64,000 nt of DNA from Eremomyces bilateralis CBS 781.70. Taxonomy: Eukaryota. The stretch lies in NCBI GenBank assembly GCA_010015585.1, contig ML975150.1. One strand, given 5' to 3'. The notes under the pieces were generated by a model. It made no database searches, had not been told where the DNA came from, and saw nothing but the letters and a program-made list of their open reading frames with translations. Positions 62,232 to 64,000 of the stretch are shown here, piece after piece (the first letter of the stretch is position 1; each line of letters starts with the position of its first letter). A program made the translations under genes and the position numbers.

Positions 62232-64000
62232 CTTGATATGAAATCTCCAATTAGTAGGTATATACTGCATGAGAATACTGGTTCCATTTAGGTATTCACC
62301 TCATGGTAATAGTCTGGGGCCAATGTCTGCCAGGTGGTCTACGCCTTACCTTGACCAGGTGATATCAAGGTCGGTTTTGAGGATATCATCAGCGCTTCGC
62401 CAATGTTTGGATAGGCAAGTAGTCAATTTCTACCCGTCAGGATCGCTGTTGGCTAGATAGATATGGTACTGATATTCACATTGGCTGATGTCCTTGCCAG
62501 GGGTTCACGTCAGAGTATCACATATTGAAGGGGGAAGGGGAATAGATCGAAGGATGCTAAGGCATTTAGAGACATTCAGTGACCTGAGACAGGCATGATA
62601 GATATCTAATCCATTAGAATTCACGGGTTTAACCACTCTTGGTAACTGTCTGACCTAGGGACTCCCTTCCAGTTACAGCTCTCCTCTTCGCCTGGACAAG
62701 TGGCAACGTTGTTGCACACCGTGGTCGGGAAGAGAGGGGATACTGTTAGAGGTATTCTAGATGATCGACCTTGGATACAAAATTGGATAGGAGATGAATA
62801 CGAGTTGACAGGAACTCGAACCGCTCTCGAGTACGATATTTGATAGCATTTGGAATTTGATCCATAGAAATATTCGTGTGAGAATGGTGGTTTTTTCTTT
62901 CAAACTAACAAAGCACAAAAAAAGGAGGCGTTTCTAAGTAGACATTGCGCAGAATAGGCTTGATTCAATAAAAAATAAGAGGCCAAACTTTTTGGTAGGT
63001 CTGATACTAGGCTGGAATAATACCATTCCGTATTGATATTCCTGACAGAATCATCATCATTGGATCCATGGCAGCTTCTAGGAGATACACACCATGGACA
63101 GCCGAGATCTCCTGGCATAGTAGATGCTAGAGGAGACAAACGACACCTCTCTCTATCTGGGAATCAACCTCCTGCGGACTTAATAATAATTAATAATAGG
63201 AGCCGCTGAATGGAACAGTCAAGCGAGCTGCAAGATAAATGCATCTAAGGAGAGGTCTCAACAGTTCAAGGATTTTCTGCCCTCTTCAAGCACCTCGCCA
63301 ACCTCGCCCGCCTCACCAGCATAGAAAGCTGCAAAGCGATGCATGCAACCCAACAGAATTGCAGATCAACAGTTCCGGTGGCTGGGAAATGGTTCTACTT
63401 GGTGCAAGATATGACGACCAGCGCTGAACACGTCAAATATCTGGAACAGAGTGAGTACGCCGCATCCAATCGACAGACACCACGAGGTGTTATGCCGTGG
63501 TGAGTGGAGCTCGAGGCAGCGGTGGAGCGTCGTCAGTTTCGAAATTTGGAAGAGACGGAAATCGGAAGACACAACATGAACACGAGCAGAAGAATAATAA
63601 TAGCTCGTTTCTATCACCATGGCAATTGCCGAGAGACGAAAACGATGGAAGAGAGGGAGAGTGAGGGAGCCAGGGAGGAAGACGGAGGAGGTCGGGACTC
63701 GGGAGAGAGTCGTCGCGTCTATTCTCTCACCTCGTCTCATATCATCACATGCATTGGGTTTCATGGGGCAGGGGCCAATGACCTATCCCAACACGGTATA
63801 GCGCCAGATCGATGCATGGCAACAGTCGCGTAAACAAAACAAATGGTTTCTGGCCCCGTCTTTAATCTCCAGCCTTCTCACGCCTTTTCCTGCACCTCTT
63901 CTACTCGCTCACTCCACTCCTCCCTCTTCTTCTTACACATTACTGAACTACTTATTCTCACTTCCTCCAATTGTACGGATTGTATTTACGTTACTGCATC

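Noticed and set aside
62340..62510. Possible degenerate exon on the minus strand ending in GTAAGG
   Set aside because: Internal stops and no recognisable family; too weak to call.

Overview
This is genomic DNA of a filamentous ascomycete (Pezizomycotina), judged by short GT-AG introns with CTRAC-type branch points and fungal gene families. The first ~18.7 kb is a giant Lys/Glu/Pro-rich gene that I read as Leashin/Lah, the Woronin-body tether; it is probably 5'-truncated by the window edge. Conventional genes follow: an SDR, a POT/PTR2 transporter, a TFIIIC delta-type subunit, ALG1, an MSC2-like CDF zinc transporter, a carnitine carrier, a 1-Cys peroxiredoxin, a Zn2Cys6 factor and a CBM18+CE4 deacetylase. 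Accessory elements are an intact Fot1/pogo transposon, a foldback-like element carrying a nested hAT-type MITE, a PD-(D/E)xK-like orphan, two decayed membrane-protein genes and a tRNA-like relic. Two observations stand out. (i) At ~44.37-44.95 kb there is a non-coding tandem array of four diverged ~160-170 nt units whose crossing (pseudoknot) pairings show compensatory changes; it sits in a hairpin-rich region upstream of an orphan ORF. (ii) Three tandem PMP3-family proteolipid ORFs occur together, two of them joined by an overlapping AUGAUG stop/start. All calls come from manual motif reading; no searches or folding programs were run.
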